Virus record (IMG/VR): IMGVR_UViG_3300025096_000124
Coordinates: 1 to 24,733 of that record
DNA from: a virus
Taxonomy: Duplodnaviria > Caudoviricetes
Direction: 5' to 3' (one strand)
Length of the DNA stretch: 24,733 nt
In this document: positions 1 through 9,684 of the stretch, in pieces
How the letters are laid out: each line of letters starts with the position of its first letter
How positions within the stretch are numbered: position 1 is the stretch's first letter
Notes under the pieces: model-generated
Told to the model about the DNA's origin: nothing
Seen by the model: the letters and a program-made list of their open reading frames with translations, nothing else
Database searches by the model: none
Position numbers and translations under genes: made by a program

Positions 1-606
1 ATCTCCTTCCTCTGCTCCCGAATCAGAATTACCAACACTTCCACTTCTTTTAATCATAAATCCTTCATTTGGTACTCTTCCATCTATCCAAGTCCACATA
101 ATATCAGTTACATCCATTCGCATATCAGTTGTTTCCCATTCAAAAGATTGTGAAGCTTGATATCCACTTCCACTATACCAATTTCCCCCTGTATTATTAC
201 TACCACTTACCCATTGAGTACCATCTACTGCTCCGTGTCTATATCTCCAACTAACACCTTCTTCATCTTTAGGATTATCATAAAATTTACCTTCTCCAGC
301 AGTCCAAGATTGACTTACTGGATGTGCATATAAAGATTGTGATGTAGTTAAATTAGATGAATTTGCATCATAAAGATTTAAATAAAATTTTGTATCTGAT
401 CCTGACGTAATTAATCCAGATGATATTGATTTAGAAATTTCTGTTAAATCAAATTTAATTAACGCTCGAGAAACATTTATTACACTAGCATTATTATTAG
501 TATCCTTACGTATTTCTAATATTTCATCCAATCCAGTATTCTGAGATTGAGTAACTGCTCCTTCATACATTGTGGCATCTGCTGATGCATATTCAAAATA
601 ATGCAT
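1..606 (-). CDS. Putative virion/baseplate-associated protein, partial (runs off the left edge); not in the ORF track
   Basis: ATG at 604-606 overlaps the upstream gene's TAA (TAATG). Open to position 1: MHYFEYASADATMYEGAVTQSQNTGLDEILEIRK...SRALIKFDL...VSQSWTAGEG...MDVT. The RALIKFDL, W and MDVT elements resemble DNRLRE-type beta-sandwich domains; lies directly after the baseplate wedge gene. Confidence 0.75.
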   Translation of the reverse strand, partial: MHYFEYASADATMYEGAVTQSQNTGLDEILEIRKDTNNNASVINVSRALIKFDLTEISKSISSGLITSGSDTKFYLNLYDANSSNLTTSQSLYAHPVSQSWTAGEGKFYDNPKDEEGVSWRYRHGAVDGTQWVSGSNNTGGNWYSGSGYQASQSFEWETTDMRMDVTDIMWTWIDGRVPNEGFMIKRSGSVGNSDSGAEEGD

Positions 607-2519
607 TATGCTATATCTCCTATTACCCTACCGATTATATCTTGTTCTGGAAATTTTACTTCAAATATTGATGGGTCTTTTGATGGATAAATAACTCCAT
701 TCTTAAGTACCATTGAGTCTGCCAAATCATATACATTGCCAGAATATCCCTTAGAAGTATCATATTTGTTTGTTATAGCTAAATTAGTACCTAATGGATT
801 ACTATCCGATGGCTTTTCAACTCCAAGCACTCCTTCTACCTTTAACAATTCTGCAACTGATTCTGCTATTACAATAGGTTGATTTATTTGCCAATTATCA
901 CTATTCCAAAATTCTCTCATTTTAGCAATTGCCCTTAATAAAACTTCATTTTTATTATATCCACGTTTTACTAAAATATCAAATCTAATTCCTATGTTTA
1001 TTATATAAGCATCTTTAATATTAATTGCATCAGTTAACATACGAAATCTACCTAAATAAGTTTTTAAATTATTCTTAGTAACTGTATTTAATTTTACTAA
1101 TTTTTTATTATTATTATATCCTAACGTATATAAATTCAAACCTAACTGATTTTTTTCGAATTTGGGTTTTTCTCCAGCGGGAGTAGAAATTTGTTCATCT
1201 TGTACAACATAAGCTTTAGCAATATTACCATATCTCTCTGGTAACGCATACACTCTAGTAATAACATCATCTCTTGTTACCATTCTAGCTTGTGCCTGAA
1301 AATGACCTAATGCATTTTGTCTTATTTCTTCATTTGATTCTGCATCCATTCCTCCTGATGATGGTTCTACATTTGTTAAGTTAATTGATTTTCTAACGCG
1401 AGCTAATTTTGTAGAATCTAAATTTCCTGCAAATGATGATAGAACTTTACTAGCAAAAGTATTTATATCCCCTGACCTAACATTATGTTTTGATCCTCCA
1501 CCATATGCGTAATGTATAGTTAAAGTAGTATTAGATGGTGCTTCACCGTAAGCCCTGGTATTTGTAAAATTATTAGGATCAAATGCAATTCCTAATTTAG
1601 ATGGAGATCCTGGTAAATTTGAACCTACATTATCTGGATTTGGAATTAATTCTTCATCTGGAGTTACTTCTGTTCCAGCTCCAAATCTTATTTCTGTCTT
1701 TTTATCAGACCTTACATACGTTCTAAATCTTTTAGATGTTTTTAATCTTTTTATAATATAAGGATTAGTTTCATCATATTGAACAAGAGAACTGTCATTT
1801 TCAGCTAAATTTTGAAATTCAGAAAAAACCATATCTTGTGCCAAGTAAGGAACTTCATACCAAGTATTTCCATCACTATCTGTAACTGATAAAATTTCTG
1901 TTACATTATCTTCAGATAAAACTAGCTTATCATATTTTTGAGGTCCCCCAAAAGAAAAAGTTTCTTTTTTAGCAAACCCACTTATAGCAGTTACAGTTTT
2001 ATATATTCTAAAATATTTTAAACCTGTTGACCAATTACCAGTTCTTTCTATTTGTGAGCTTTGGCTACCTTGTCCAGTTTTAAAATTACAATCTGACAAT
2101 AATCTAAACTCTACGCCATGTACTGGAGAAAAAACTCTAGTATCAGATTTTATATTCATCGCATAATCATAATCTGGTTGTGCATCATCATCAACTCTAG
2201 CTGGTAACTCTTGTGAAAATCTTATTTTAGTTAATGACGGGGATATCAATCTTGGTCTATATCCCATAAATTGTGCTATATTATATATTTGATTTTTTTC
2301 TTCAGCATAAGGTAATAAAGATTCTTTAAATACCGCATCAGTATAAAAACCCATCACATCACCAACATACGCAACTGATTCTAAAAACATCATACCAGGC
2401 GAAACCTCATTAAAATCCTTATATGCTGTAGGAAAATATGTTTTAGCATAGTCCATCAAATTTTGACGTAAACTAGCAAAATCTCTTCCTATATAATTTA
2501 TATCTTTATTATTCGGCAT
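606..2519 (-). CDS. Baseplate wedge subunit (T4 gp6-like / baseplate J family)
   Basis: N-terminal 'RDFASLRQNL..Y...Y.DF', 'IRFG.G', 'GG.D.ES.EEIR.NA...F.AQ.R.VT..D' motifs typical of gp6-like proteins; adjacent to a gp25-like gene; SD-like GGAGA upstream. Confidence 0.9.
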   Translation of the reverse strand: MPNNKDINYIGRDFASLRQNLMDYAKTYFPTAYKDFNEVSPGMMFLESVAYVGDVMGFYTDAVFKESLLPYAEEKNQIYNIAQFMGYRPRLISPSLTKIRFSQELPARVDDDAQPDYDYAMNIKSDTRVFSPVHGVEFRLLSDCNFKTGQGSQSSQIERTGNWSTGLKYFRIYKTVTAISGFAKKETFSFGGPQKYDKLVLSEDNVTEILSVTDSDGNTWYEVPYLAQDMVFSEFQNLAENDSSLVQYDETNPYIIKRLKTSKRFRTYVRSDKKTEIRFGAGTEVTPDEELIPNPDNVGSNLPGSPSKLGIAFDPNNFTNTRAYGEAPSNTTLTIHYAYGGGSKHNVRSGDINTFASKVLSSFAGNLDSTKLARVRKSINLTNVEPSSGGMDAESNEEIRQNALGHFQAQARMVTRDDVITRVYALPERYGNIAKAYVVQDEQISTPAGEKPKFEKNQLGLNLYTLGYNNNKKLVKLNTVTKNNLKTYLGRFRMLTDAINIKDAYIINIGIRFDILVKRGYNKNEVLLRAIAKMREFWNSDNWQINQPIVIAESVAELLKVEGVLGVEKPSDSNPLGTNLAITNKYDTSKGYSGNVYDLADSMVLKNGVIYPSKDPSIFEVKFPEQDIIGRVIGDIA

Positions 2520-2535
2520 ATACTATTTCTCCTTA

Positions 2536-2940
2536 TTACTTATAATCAACTGTTGCAACACCAACCTGTGATTTATCTGTTTTTAAAGTATAGGTTATTT
2601 TTACATTCAACCTACTGGCATCTTGATTGATAGTAGGTTCTACTTTAACTATATTTAAATATGGTAGCCATTTACTAACTGCTTCAGTTATATCTTCCTC
2701 TGCTTTTACTATAATACTGTCATCCAATTGCTCAAAATTTAAATGTGCCAACCTGCATCCCAAATCTGGATGAGCAGGTCTTTCGCCAAATTTAGTTAAA
2801 AGTAAATTTTTTAAATTATATTCAGCCTGTTCTATAGTAGTAGAAGTTTTATTCCAAAACCCACTATTACCAAACTCTATAGGTAATTTTACTCCTATAT
2901 ATACATCTGGATCACTATCGTATTCTCTATTAGACGCCAT
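2536..2940 (-). CDS. Baseplate wedge protein, gp25/GPW family
   Basis: 'NLKNLLLTKFGERPAHPDLGCRL..L.FE' and 'AVSKWLPYLNI' are gp25-family signatures; 134 aa. Confidence 0.9.
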   Translation of the reverse strand: MASNREYDSDPDVYIGVKLPIEFGNSGFWNKTSTTIEQAEYNLKNLLLTKFGERPAHPDLGCRLAHLNFEQLDDSIIVKAEEDITEAVSKWLPYLNIVKVEPTINQDASRLNVKITYTLKTDKSQVGVATVDYK

Positions 2941-3442
2941 TTGTTTTCTTCTTATCTATCGCTTTCATTAAACCACTATAATCTCTTGTGAGTGCATTCA
3001 TTGTGGACTCAGGAACTTTATCAACTGATACTCCTGCTGCCTTAACAGTCATAGCGGCTCCTAATTCTCTTTTAAATTCGTTTGTGTTTCCAAATTCACC
3101 ACTATTCATTGCTACCTCTGTTACTTTACTAGAATCAAATACTCCTCCGCCCATCGTAGGATAAGATTCTGTTCCGTCTCCTTGTGGTAATCCACCTCGA
3201 GTTTCATTCAAAACCTTATTTATAGCCTTATTTTCTGTATATTTTACTTCTTCTTTCTTACCAACTTTATATTTTTTTCTAATTGGTTCTTTAAACTCTG
3301 TTTCTGTTACTGATTTTGAAACTAATTCGGAAAGTTGAGATGATTTATCGTCGTTTATAAATATCTCATTCATTTGTTTTTTAACTTCCTTACGAACTAC
3401 TGTTTCTATTATTCTTACTAGTTCACTTTTTTTCATTTCCAT
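2930..3442 (-). CDS. Hypothetical phage protein
   Basis: 170-aa ORF with GGGAG SD, inside the co-oriented structural cluster; no function recognised. Confidence 0.75.
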   Translation of the reverse strand: MEMKKSELVRIIETVVRKEVKKQMNEIFINDDKSSQLSELVSKSVTETEFKEPIRKKYKVGKKEEVKYTENKAINKVLNETRGGLPQGDGTESYPTMGGGVFDSSKVTEVAMNSGEFGNTNEFKRELGAAMTVKAAGVSVDKVPESTMNALTRDYSGLMKAIDKKKTNGV

Positions 3443-3460
3443 ACTCCCTTTATTAAATTC

Positions 3461-4951
3461 TTATCCGCCCAATGCATTTTGTGTCCACTCAACTAATGAT
3501 GCAAATGGTCCTTGATTTTTTTGTGATTCAGGTCTTTCTGCAACTGCTTCTATTCCCATAGAAGATCCTTCTTTACCTATATATGACTGATCAAGTACAA
3601 AAGTACCATATCTATTTTGTACAATAAATTCACTTCTGGCCTCACCATCTTTTTCTTCATCAGTAAACCAATACACCGTGTTACTCTTACCACCTTGTGT
3701 CTTAAATTCTTGTCTTGAGTCATGTGTAAATGTATCAGTTATCCCTGTTTCTCCAGTGTGTGCACTCCCGTGTGCTGCACTGTGAGACCCTTTTTTCCAT
3801 TCGGTTACATTTGTTACCGTCGCGGTCCTTATATGCACTTCCTGTAATGCAATTACTCCTACTGATTCATCTAGCAATTGTTTTTGTCTATCAGTAAGTA
3901 CCAAAGTATATTCATTCCCAGTTATTCTCCCAGTAGGATCTAATTTATCAGGGTTAGGGTCTTCCTGAAATCCTAACTGTTGTAAATCTGCAACATTTTT
4001 GTTATAATCAGCTTTTAAACCTTTTAGTTTAAGTTTCAATTCATCCATAGTTTTCCAATCAATCCGATTCTCTTTTCTCAAAGCTTCCTTTTCAGATTCG
4101 CTAAGCGGATTGTTTTGTCTATTTATTTTCTCGCTCCTTTTATTTACCTCAACCTTAAGATCATACCAATCTCTATAATCCAAAATCCAATCTACTAACT
4201 TCCAATTCATTTTTATTTCAATTTCAACTCTTGTATTTAGAAGCCAATTTTCTGCCTGACTGCCTCTAATCGCCTCTAATACTTTGGGACCACGCTTCTT
4301 AGCATCTGATAATACTTTAGCATATCTTCTTGGATCCGCATGAACATAATCTCTAATTTGATTTGAATACGCCTCCGTCCTATCACCCATGTAAAATAAA
4401 TCAGTTGTTCCCTCACTTTCGTTAGCTAACCATCTTTGTTCTATTTCTACAGAAAATTCTCTATCTTTTAATAATTTTGCTTGTCTATGTGCATCTGCCA
4501 ACTCTGCCATCTCTATCATCTCTGAATTCAGTCCAGCATATTCTGTTTTTACCTTATTAACTTGGGATTTTGTAGATTCTAATGTATCTTCCACATCAGT
4601 AATAAGTTTATCACTCTGCTCAGAAATCATTAATTGTGGTTTAAGTGGACCACTAACGCCAACCATTGTAGTTTCTGCTACGTCTTTCCCAACCTTAACT
4701 CCTTTAACTACATTCTTTGTAGTTTTTATAACAGTATCCATTTCATCTATTGGAACTTTACGCAAAGTCAATTGTATTTTCTCACCTTCTTCAAGTAACC
4801 GTCGGAGCTCCTCTTCCGTTATTGTACCTACTTTAAGAGATTTTTTTAAAGCCCTATTTATCTCTTTCAATCTCCCAATAGGTGACATTATAGAATCAGC
4901 CACTTTATTTATACCACCTGATAGTGCTTTTCCTGCAAAAGTTTTAGCCAT
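3461..4951 (-). CDS. Hypothetical helical/coiled-coil protein in the baseplate cluster
   Basis: 496-aa ORF coupled (TAATG) to the upstream gene; no recognisable motif. Confidence 0.75.
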   Translation of the reverse strand: MAKTFAGKALSGGINKVADSIMSPIGRLKEINRALKKSLKVGTITEEELRRLLEEGEKIQLTLRKVPIDEMDTVIKTTKNVVKGVKVGKDVAETTMVGVSGPLKPQLMISEQSDKLITDVEDTLESTKSQVNKVKTEYAGLNSEMIEMAELADAHRQAKLLKDREFSVEIEQRWLANESEGTTDLFYMGDRTEAYSNQIRDYVHADPRRYAKVLSDAKKRGPKVLEAIRGSQAENWLLNTRVEIEIKMNWKLVDWILDYRDWYDLKVEVNKRSEKINRQNNPLSESEKEALRKENRIDWKTMDELKLKLKGLKADYNKNVADLQQLGFQEDPNPDKLDPTGRITGNEYTLVLTDRQKQLLDESVGVIALQEVHIRTATVTNVTEWKKGSHSAAHGSAHTGETGITDTFTHDSRQEFKTQGGKSNTVYWFTDEEKDGEARSEFIVQNRYGTFVLDQSYIGKEGSSMGIEAVAERPESQKNQGPFASLVEWTQNALGG

Positions 4952-6066
4952 TATCTTATATCCTCAGCTGCTAGTATTTTTGGTTCATCTAATTGTTTTA
5001 TACTATGTTTATCTGGTATTGCATAAAATTCTTTATTCTTTAACGACTTTCTTATAGATGCCATAGCTTGATTTGGTCTCATAGGTCCTCCCATAGCTGG
5101 ATTTCCTTGTGGTGTTGCTGATACTCCTGTTATTAAAATATCAATTAAATCACATATATCTTCTAAAATTAATGATAATGATTCAGCCATTGTTGCTGGC
5201 TCATTTCCAATATAAACACTTGGTGCATTTAAATATAAAGTCTTAGGAGTATTAATATGTATATTATCCCTCTTAGCTTGAAAAATTAATTGATTAGAAT
5301 TTATTATTACCTTATCACCATGATTATCTGCAAACTCTTTAACCCCTTGTACAGACGCTCTAGGAAATGGGTCTGTTGTACCACTATCTATCAATATAGT
5401 TGAACCTTCCGTATAAAATTTAGATTCAAAATATGGTGAATTACCAACTTGACTTTGATTATTACTTAATCTTATAGTTGGTTTTACACCATTATGATCA
5501 AATAAAATTGAACTACCATATCTACTATTAATTGACTTTGACCCCTGTTGTATATAAGGTCTTTTGATAGGCTTCTTGGGTGCATCATAGTCTTTAATTC
5601 TTTCTTTTAAAAGTTCTACTATATCTTTTGGTAAAGTTGTTTTTCCTAGCGCTGGATCAAAATTAGAAGATGCGCCTTCTATACTTATTTTATCAAAATA
5701 ATAATTTTTATCCCAATACTTTATAACACAAACAATTTCACCTGGTATTGGTAATTCTAAATTATCTACATCAACTGGATACGCTCTAACTGGAGTAGGC
5801 ATTTTTTTGGATTGACTATATATAAATTTACCACTTACCATTCCAAATTTCGAAATATCTGATTCTATTTCTTCTTTATTATCCCAAACTTTACTAATTT
5901 GTAAAAAATCTATTTCAAATGGAACAGCTCTCGCATCTTCCATAAATTGCTTTACTAAATTATATACTTCTAATCGACTTGTAATACCTTTATTTAAATC
6001 AGGTACAGTCCCTACTGGCTCACTATTGACAAAAAATTTTTGTTTATCTACCTCAATATATGCCAT
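4951..6066 (-). CDS. Putative baseplate hub/central spike protein (gp5/gpV-like)
   Basis: OB-fold-like 'LPIPGEIV', 'SRYGSSI.F', and a C-terminal beta-strand run 'KVIINSNQLIFQAK..NIHINT..TLYLNAPSVYIG'; upstream of gp25 and gp6. Confidence 0.55.
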   Translation of the reverse strand: MAYIEVDKQKFFVNSEPVGTVPDLNKGITSRLEVYNLVKQFMEDARAVPFEIDFLQISKVWDNKEEIESDISKFGMVSGKFIYSQSKKMPTPVRAYPVDVDNLELPIPGEIVCVIKYWDKNYYFDKISIEGASSNFDPALGKTTLPKDIVELLKERIKDYDAPKKPIKRPYIQQGSKSINSRYGSSILFDHNGVKPTIRLSNNQSQVGNSPYFESKFYTEGSTILIDSGTTDPFPRASVQGVKEFADNHGDKVIINSNQLIFQAKRDNIHINTPKTLYLNAPSVYIGNEPATMAESLSLILEDICDLIDILITGVSATPQGNPAMGGPMRPNQAMASIRKSLKNKEFYAIPDKHSIKQLDEPKILAAEDIR

Positions 6067-6467
6067 TATGATTCTACTATTTTAGAGGGTTCTGGGTCTA
6101 TTTTACTATTAATTTCATCTGTATATTTTTGTAAATCCTTAGCTACTGGATCTAATGATTTTAACAAATCTTCTTTTTCTTTGTCCGACAAACCAAATTC
6201 GAACTCACTAGAACCTTTTTGCTCTCCTACTACCAATCTTTGTACAATGGCTGCCATTTTTACTAACTGTTCATCGTTCTTAACCTTAATATCTAAATAT
6301 TCTTTAATAGCTGGAATTAACTGTACCGCAGTATCTCCATCTTTAATAAATTGCACTACTTCTCTAATCAACACATCTAACTGTTTTTTATTATCCGATG
6401 AGTTGTTGTAGATATCTTCAAATATATCGGCCAACGATTTTTCTTTAAATACTTTATAATCTGACAT
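6066..6467 (-). CDS. Hypothetical helical phage protein
   Basis: 133-aa ORF, first gene of the structural block, coupled to the next gene. Confidence 0.75.
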   Translation of the reverse strand: MSDYKVFKEKSLADIFEDIYNNSSDNKKQLDVLIREVVQFIKDGDTAVQLIPAIKEYLDIKVKNDEQLVKMAAIVQRLVVGEQKGSSEFEFGLSDKEKEDLLKSLDPVAKDLQKYTDEINSKIDPEPSKIVES

Positions 6468-6624
6468 GATTGAATTTTACCTTATTATACACTTATAAAT
6501 ATAACTAACTTAAAAACCTCTTGTATATAAATATATAAGAATTTCGGAAATATAGTCACTTAAATAGTTATTTTAGAGGGAAAACATACCCTTATGATGA
6601 AACATAACTAACGGGAGAATAACC

Positions 6625-6849
6625 ATGAAGGAAGTCGTAACAATGGTTAAAGGATATATTGATGACTTAGCTCATTTAATGCTATCCTTTGTTGCCATAG
6701 GTGCTATTTCCGAAGTAATCTTCGGAACAGGCATTTTTGGTGTCAATGTTATTGGAAACCTAACAGCAATTATCTCTAAGTTTGGGGAAGGCGGATTCGC
6801 TGGACTCGTAGCTTTATTGGTATTGGTTGGTTTATTCCGCAGCAAGTAA
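6625..6849 (+). CDS. Small membrane protein (2-3 hydrophobic segments); only credible plus-strand gene
   Basis: GGGAGA SD upstream, hydrophobic Gly-rich 74 aa, followed by a terminator. Confidence 0.8.
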   Translation: MKEVVTMVKGYIDDLAHLMLSFVAIGAISEVIFGTGIFGVNVIGNLTAIISKFGEGGFAGLVALLVLVGLFRSK

Positions 6850-6892
6850 GCAGTGGAATATTTTGATAGGTATGCCTATGCCTATTAGATGT

Positions 6893-6924
6893 AAAAAAAG
6901 GGAAGTAAATACTTCCCTTTTTTT
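6893..6924. terminator. Bidirectional intrinsic terminator
   Basis: A7-GGGAAGTA-AA-TACTTCCC-T7 inverted repeat between convergent genes. Confidence 0.85.
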
Positions 6925-6926
6925 GT

Positions 6927-6990
6927 TTAAAGATTCGGTTGTTTTTAAGTCTGTCTATTAGTGGAAACTAAAAATCGGTTGAATCTTTAA
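6927..6990. repeat. Structured hairpin motif, copy 1 (copy 2 at 22304-22375)
   Basis: TTAAAGATTC-GGTTG-TTTTTAAGT...ACTAAAAAT-CGGTT-GAATCTTTAA; core shared with copy 2. Confidence 0.75.
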
Positions 6991-6995
6991 TTATG

Positions 6996-7024
6996 ATGAT
7001 AGTGAGACTGAATCTCATTATCAT
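6996..7024. promoter_or_regulatory. Imperfect palindrome containing a Fur-box-like site
   Basis: Minus strand 7022-7004 reads GATAATGAGATTCAGTCTC, 15/19 identical to the Fur consensus GATAATGATAATCATTATC; whole element ATGATAGTGAGA-CTGAA-TCTCATTATCAT. Confidence 0.45.
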
Positions 7025-7037
7025 TTATATAAGTTAA

Positions 7038-7757
7038 TTATGCAAATATAGATCCCGTATTAGATGTATCTATAGTACCATCTTTTTGATATTCTGTATT
7101 TAAAAGTAAATACTGTTGTTTCATTTGATTTACAATTCTAGTAATATGTTGAGTATTAGAACCTGTCATTTCACGAACCAAGATATATAAAGCTTTCTTA
7201 TTAAAGTTTTCCAAAGTTGATCGTCTTTTAAATAACTCTAAAACAGAATAAGCTACATTTAAATCTTTTTTTCTCTTAAAAAAATTATTTAAATTATTTT
7301 CCCAATAATTTACCATTTGTTCTACAAAATCATTATAATATTCAATCTCCTCTTTATTAGCTTCTTCCATACCTATATTTCTTTTAAAATCTAATACATC
7401 TAATGCTGTATGTTGTTTCATTTTTTTGTAATTATTATTATTATGTAATATTAACCAATTCTTACCAACAATACTGAAATATGAAAATGCCTTACCTTTC
7501 TCTGGTACATACTTATGCATATTCATTAATAGAAATGCTACAACTTCATGTTTTACATCTGTTAATGGTACATCAAAATAATAAAATTTAAATGTATGAA
7601 TTAAATTTTCAGCTAACTTATTAAAAGCCGCATCTATGTGTTCTTCATAAATTCTATTTTTAATATGTTGTTTATCGCATTTATTATATCTAATAATTGC
7701 ATCTTCAGTTTTTTGCCCAAAATATATTTTACTTTTCTTCTTTTTCTTAACTGGCAT
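7038..7757 (-). CDS. Phage sigma-factor-like protein (gp55/late-sigma-like)
   Basis: Sigma region-2-like 'L..MHKYVPEKGKAFSYFSIVGKN', preceded by 'KLAENLIH.FKF'; helical C-terminus. Confidence 0.6.
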   Translation of the reverse strand: MPVKKKKKSKIYFGQKTEDAIIRYNKCDKQHIKNRIYEEHIDAAFNKLAENLIHTFKFYYFDVPLTDVKHEVVAFLLMNMHKYVPEKGKAFSYFSIVGKNWLILHNNNNYKKMKQHTALDVLDFKRNIGMEEANKEEIEYYNDFVEQMVNYWENNLNNFFKRKKDLNVAYSVLELFKRRSTLENFNKKALYILVREMTGSNTQHITRIVNQMKQQYLLLNTEYQKDGTIDTSNTGSIFA

Positions 7758-8013
7758 CTTCTTCTACCCCTTCTTGACTTAATTGTTGTGTAACATCTTT
7801 TAATTGACTAAATACATCCCCTACTTCATCATCCGCCTCAAATACTCCTCTATCATCTAATAATTGCATTTCACTATAAGCTCCATAAATTTTTTCTGTA
7901 TACGTTTCTATCCAATCTTCCAATCGTTCTACTTTCTTCATCATATTCCAAATTACATATCCTTCAATTATAGACGCTATAATAAAAACTCCTAATAATA
8001 TTTCTACTAACAT
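7747..8013 (-). CDS. Small protein with N-terminal TM helix and acidic coiled-coil
   Basis: Hydrophobic residues 1-22; coupled to both neighbours. Confidence 0.75.
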   Translation of the reverse strand: MLVEILLGVFIIASIIEGYVIWNMMKKVERLEDWIETYTEKIYGAYSEMQLLDDRGVFEADDEVGDVFSQLKDVTQQLSQEGVEEDAS

Positions 8014-8798
8014 TAGTTATCTCCAAATAATTCTTCAAAAAGTTCTTTAGCTCTATCACCTGAAACTTGAGTTTCTTCCGTTGCAGATAATACCTCATTA
8101 GTAGTTTCCATTTGCTCTTTAAACTTCTCAATAGATTCTTCTTCTTTTTCTTTTTGTTTTACTTCACCTTGAACATGATGTTGTTTTTCTGCAACCGTTG
8201 CCATCCAATCTCCCATATGTACTATATAATGTAATACATTTCTGGTAGCTGAAGGTTTTCTATAATACTGCTCATTTCCAGCATCAAACATTCCATCCGA
8301 CATTTTAATTGCTTTCCAAACTTCAGTACTTACATTAACATTAAACTGTTGAAGTATCCATAAAGACCTATCTGTTACAGACATATATTCTCCAATTTCA
8401 TTATGTTTATAAAATTCTCCAAGCTTATTACGATGCCATTCTGAATCCTGTTCTTTATAATATGGTGTATCTAAATCACCAAGTTTTCCCCAGTCATGAA
8501 ACATAGCAGCTAAAAAAACATCCGAATCTGGATGTTGTACTTCAACTCCCAAATCCTCAAATTGTTTCTTTACCTTTAATGCAGTTGTAGCAACTCTAAC
8601 GGTATGATCTAAAAATCCACCAACGAAACAATTGTGGTAATCTAATCTACCTGAAGCTGGTGCTTCCATTAATCTATTTTCAAAATGGCTAATGATAGAT
8701 TTAACTCCTTCGAGAGTTTCCCCCTCTAAATGAGTTTCTACCATTTCCATTAACTCTTTGTATCTTTCTACAATTTGATCAGTTGTAAGTGTAACCAT
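8013..8798 (-). CDS. HD-domain phosphohydrolase (YhaM-like HD domain)
   Basis: 'APAS..DYHN...GG.LDH', 'FHDWGKLG' and a distal 'H.GD' motif. Confidence 0.85.
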   Translation of the reverse strand: MVTLTTDQIVERYKELMEMVETHLEGETLEGVKSIISHFENRLMEAPASGRLDYHNCFVGGFLDHTVRVATTALKVKKQFEDLGVEVQHPDSDVFLAAMFHDWGKLGDLDTPYYKEQDSEWHRNKLGEFYKHNEIGEYMSVTDRSLWILQQFNVNVSTEVWKAIKMSDGMFDAGNEQYYRKPSATRNVLHYIVHMGDWMATVAEKQHHVQGEVKQKEKEEESIEKFKEQMETTNEVLSATEETQVSGDRAKELFEELFGDN

Positions 8799-8801
8799 AA
8801 T

Positions 8802-9671
8802 TTAACTCCAAAACTTATGTTCTATATTTTTAACTTTTTCTTTTTTATTTTCTAATTGATAATTCATAATCAATAACTCTGTTCCTTTATTTTGGCTTTT
8901 GCCTTTTTGTGCAGAAGCTGGTTTTACAAAATCTTTTAATTCCCACTCATATTCATCTTCTGGAAACCAATCATGTAATTGCTCAAAATCATAATATGAC
9001 AAACTAAATCTACCTTCTATATTTTTTAATACATCAGCTAATCTTTTATGATCATCTGTATCAAAATCATGTAATGAATAATAATTTTCTGTTTTCCAAT
9101 AAGGTGGATCTACATAAAAATATGTTTTAGGACTATCATATTTTTTAATAACTTCTTCACAATCCATATTTTCAACATTAGTTATTTTATTTAATTTTTC
9201 TATAACCGCAGGATTTTTTAATCTTCTTCTAAATGCATCAAATTTAGAACTATACTTTCCTTTTAAATCTATAAATTTACCTTTTTCTGGATTTAACCCT
9301 GAAAATATTTGTGTAACTATATAGGCATATTTCATACCATAATCATAATCTGGTATTTCTATATCTTTAATATTTTTATTTTCAAATACATCTGTTTTAT
9401 ATTGATAGAATAAATCAGAATTTTGTGCAACAATTTCATCCATTGACTTTAAAAATTCTTGTGGATTTCTACAACACGCAAATAAATTTGTCATATATCT
9501 ATTAAAATCATTATATATAACATTTTTTAAAATGGGTTTTTTATGTACCTGTCCATTGACATATACCCAAAATGCCCCACCAAAAACTTCTACATATGTT
9601 TCTATATCATTAGGAATATAATTCCCAATCCATTTAGCCATACGGTTTTTACCACCGATATAACTTATCAT
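8802..9671 (-). CDS. DNA adenine methyltransferase (D12/Dam class)
   Basis: 'YIGGK', 'YVEVFGGA', 'YND', catalytic 'DPPY', C-terminal 'ELLIMNY'. Confidence 0.92.
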   Translation of the reverse strand: MISYIGGKNRMAKWIGNYIPNDIETYVEVFGGAFWVYVNGQVHKKPILKNVIYNDFNRYMTNLFACCRNPQEFLKSMDEIVAQNSDLFYQYKTDVFENKNIKDIEIPDYDYGMKYAYIVTQIFSGLNPEKGKFIDLKGKYSSKFDAFRRRLKNPAVIEKLNKITNVENMDCEEVIKKYDSPKTYFYVDPPYWKTENYYSLHDFDTDDHKRLADVLKNIEGRFSLSYYDFEQLHDWFPEDEYEWELKDFVKPASAQKGKSQNKGTELLIMNYQLENKKEKVKNIEHKFWS

Positions 9672-9684
9672 TCAACAACCTTAA

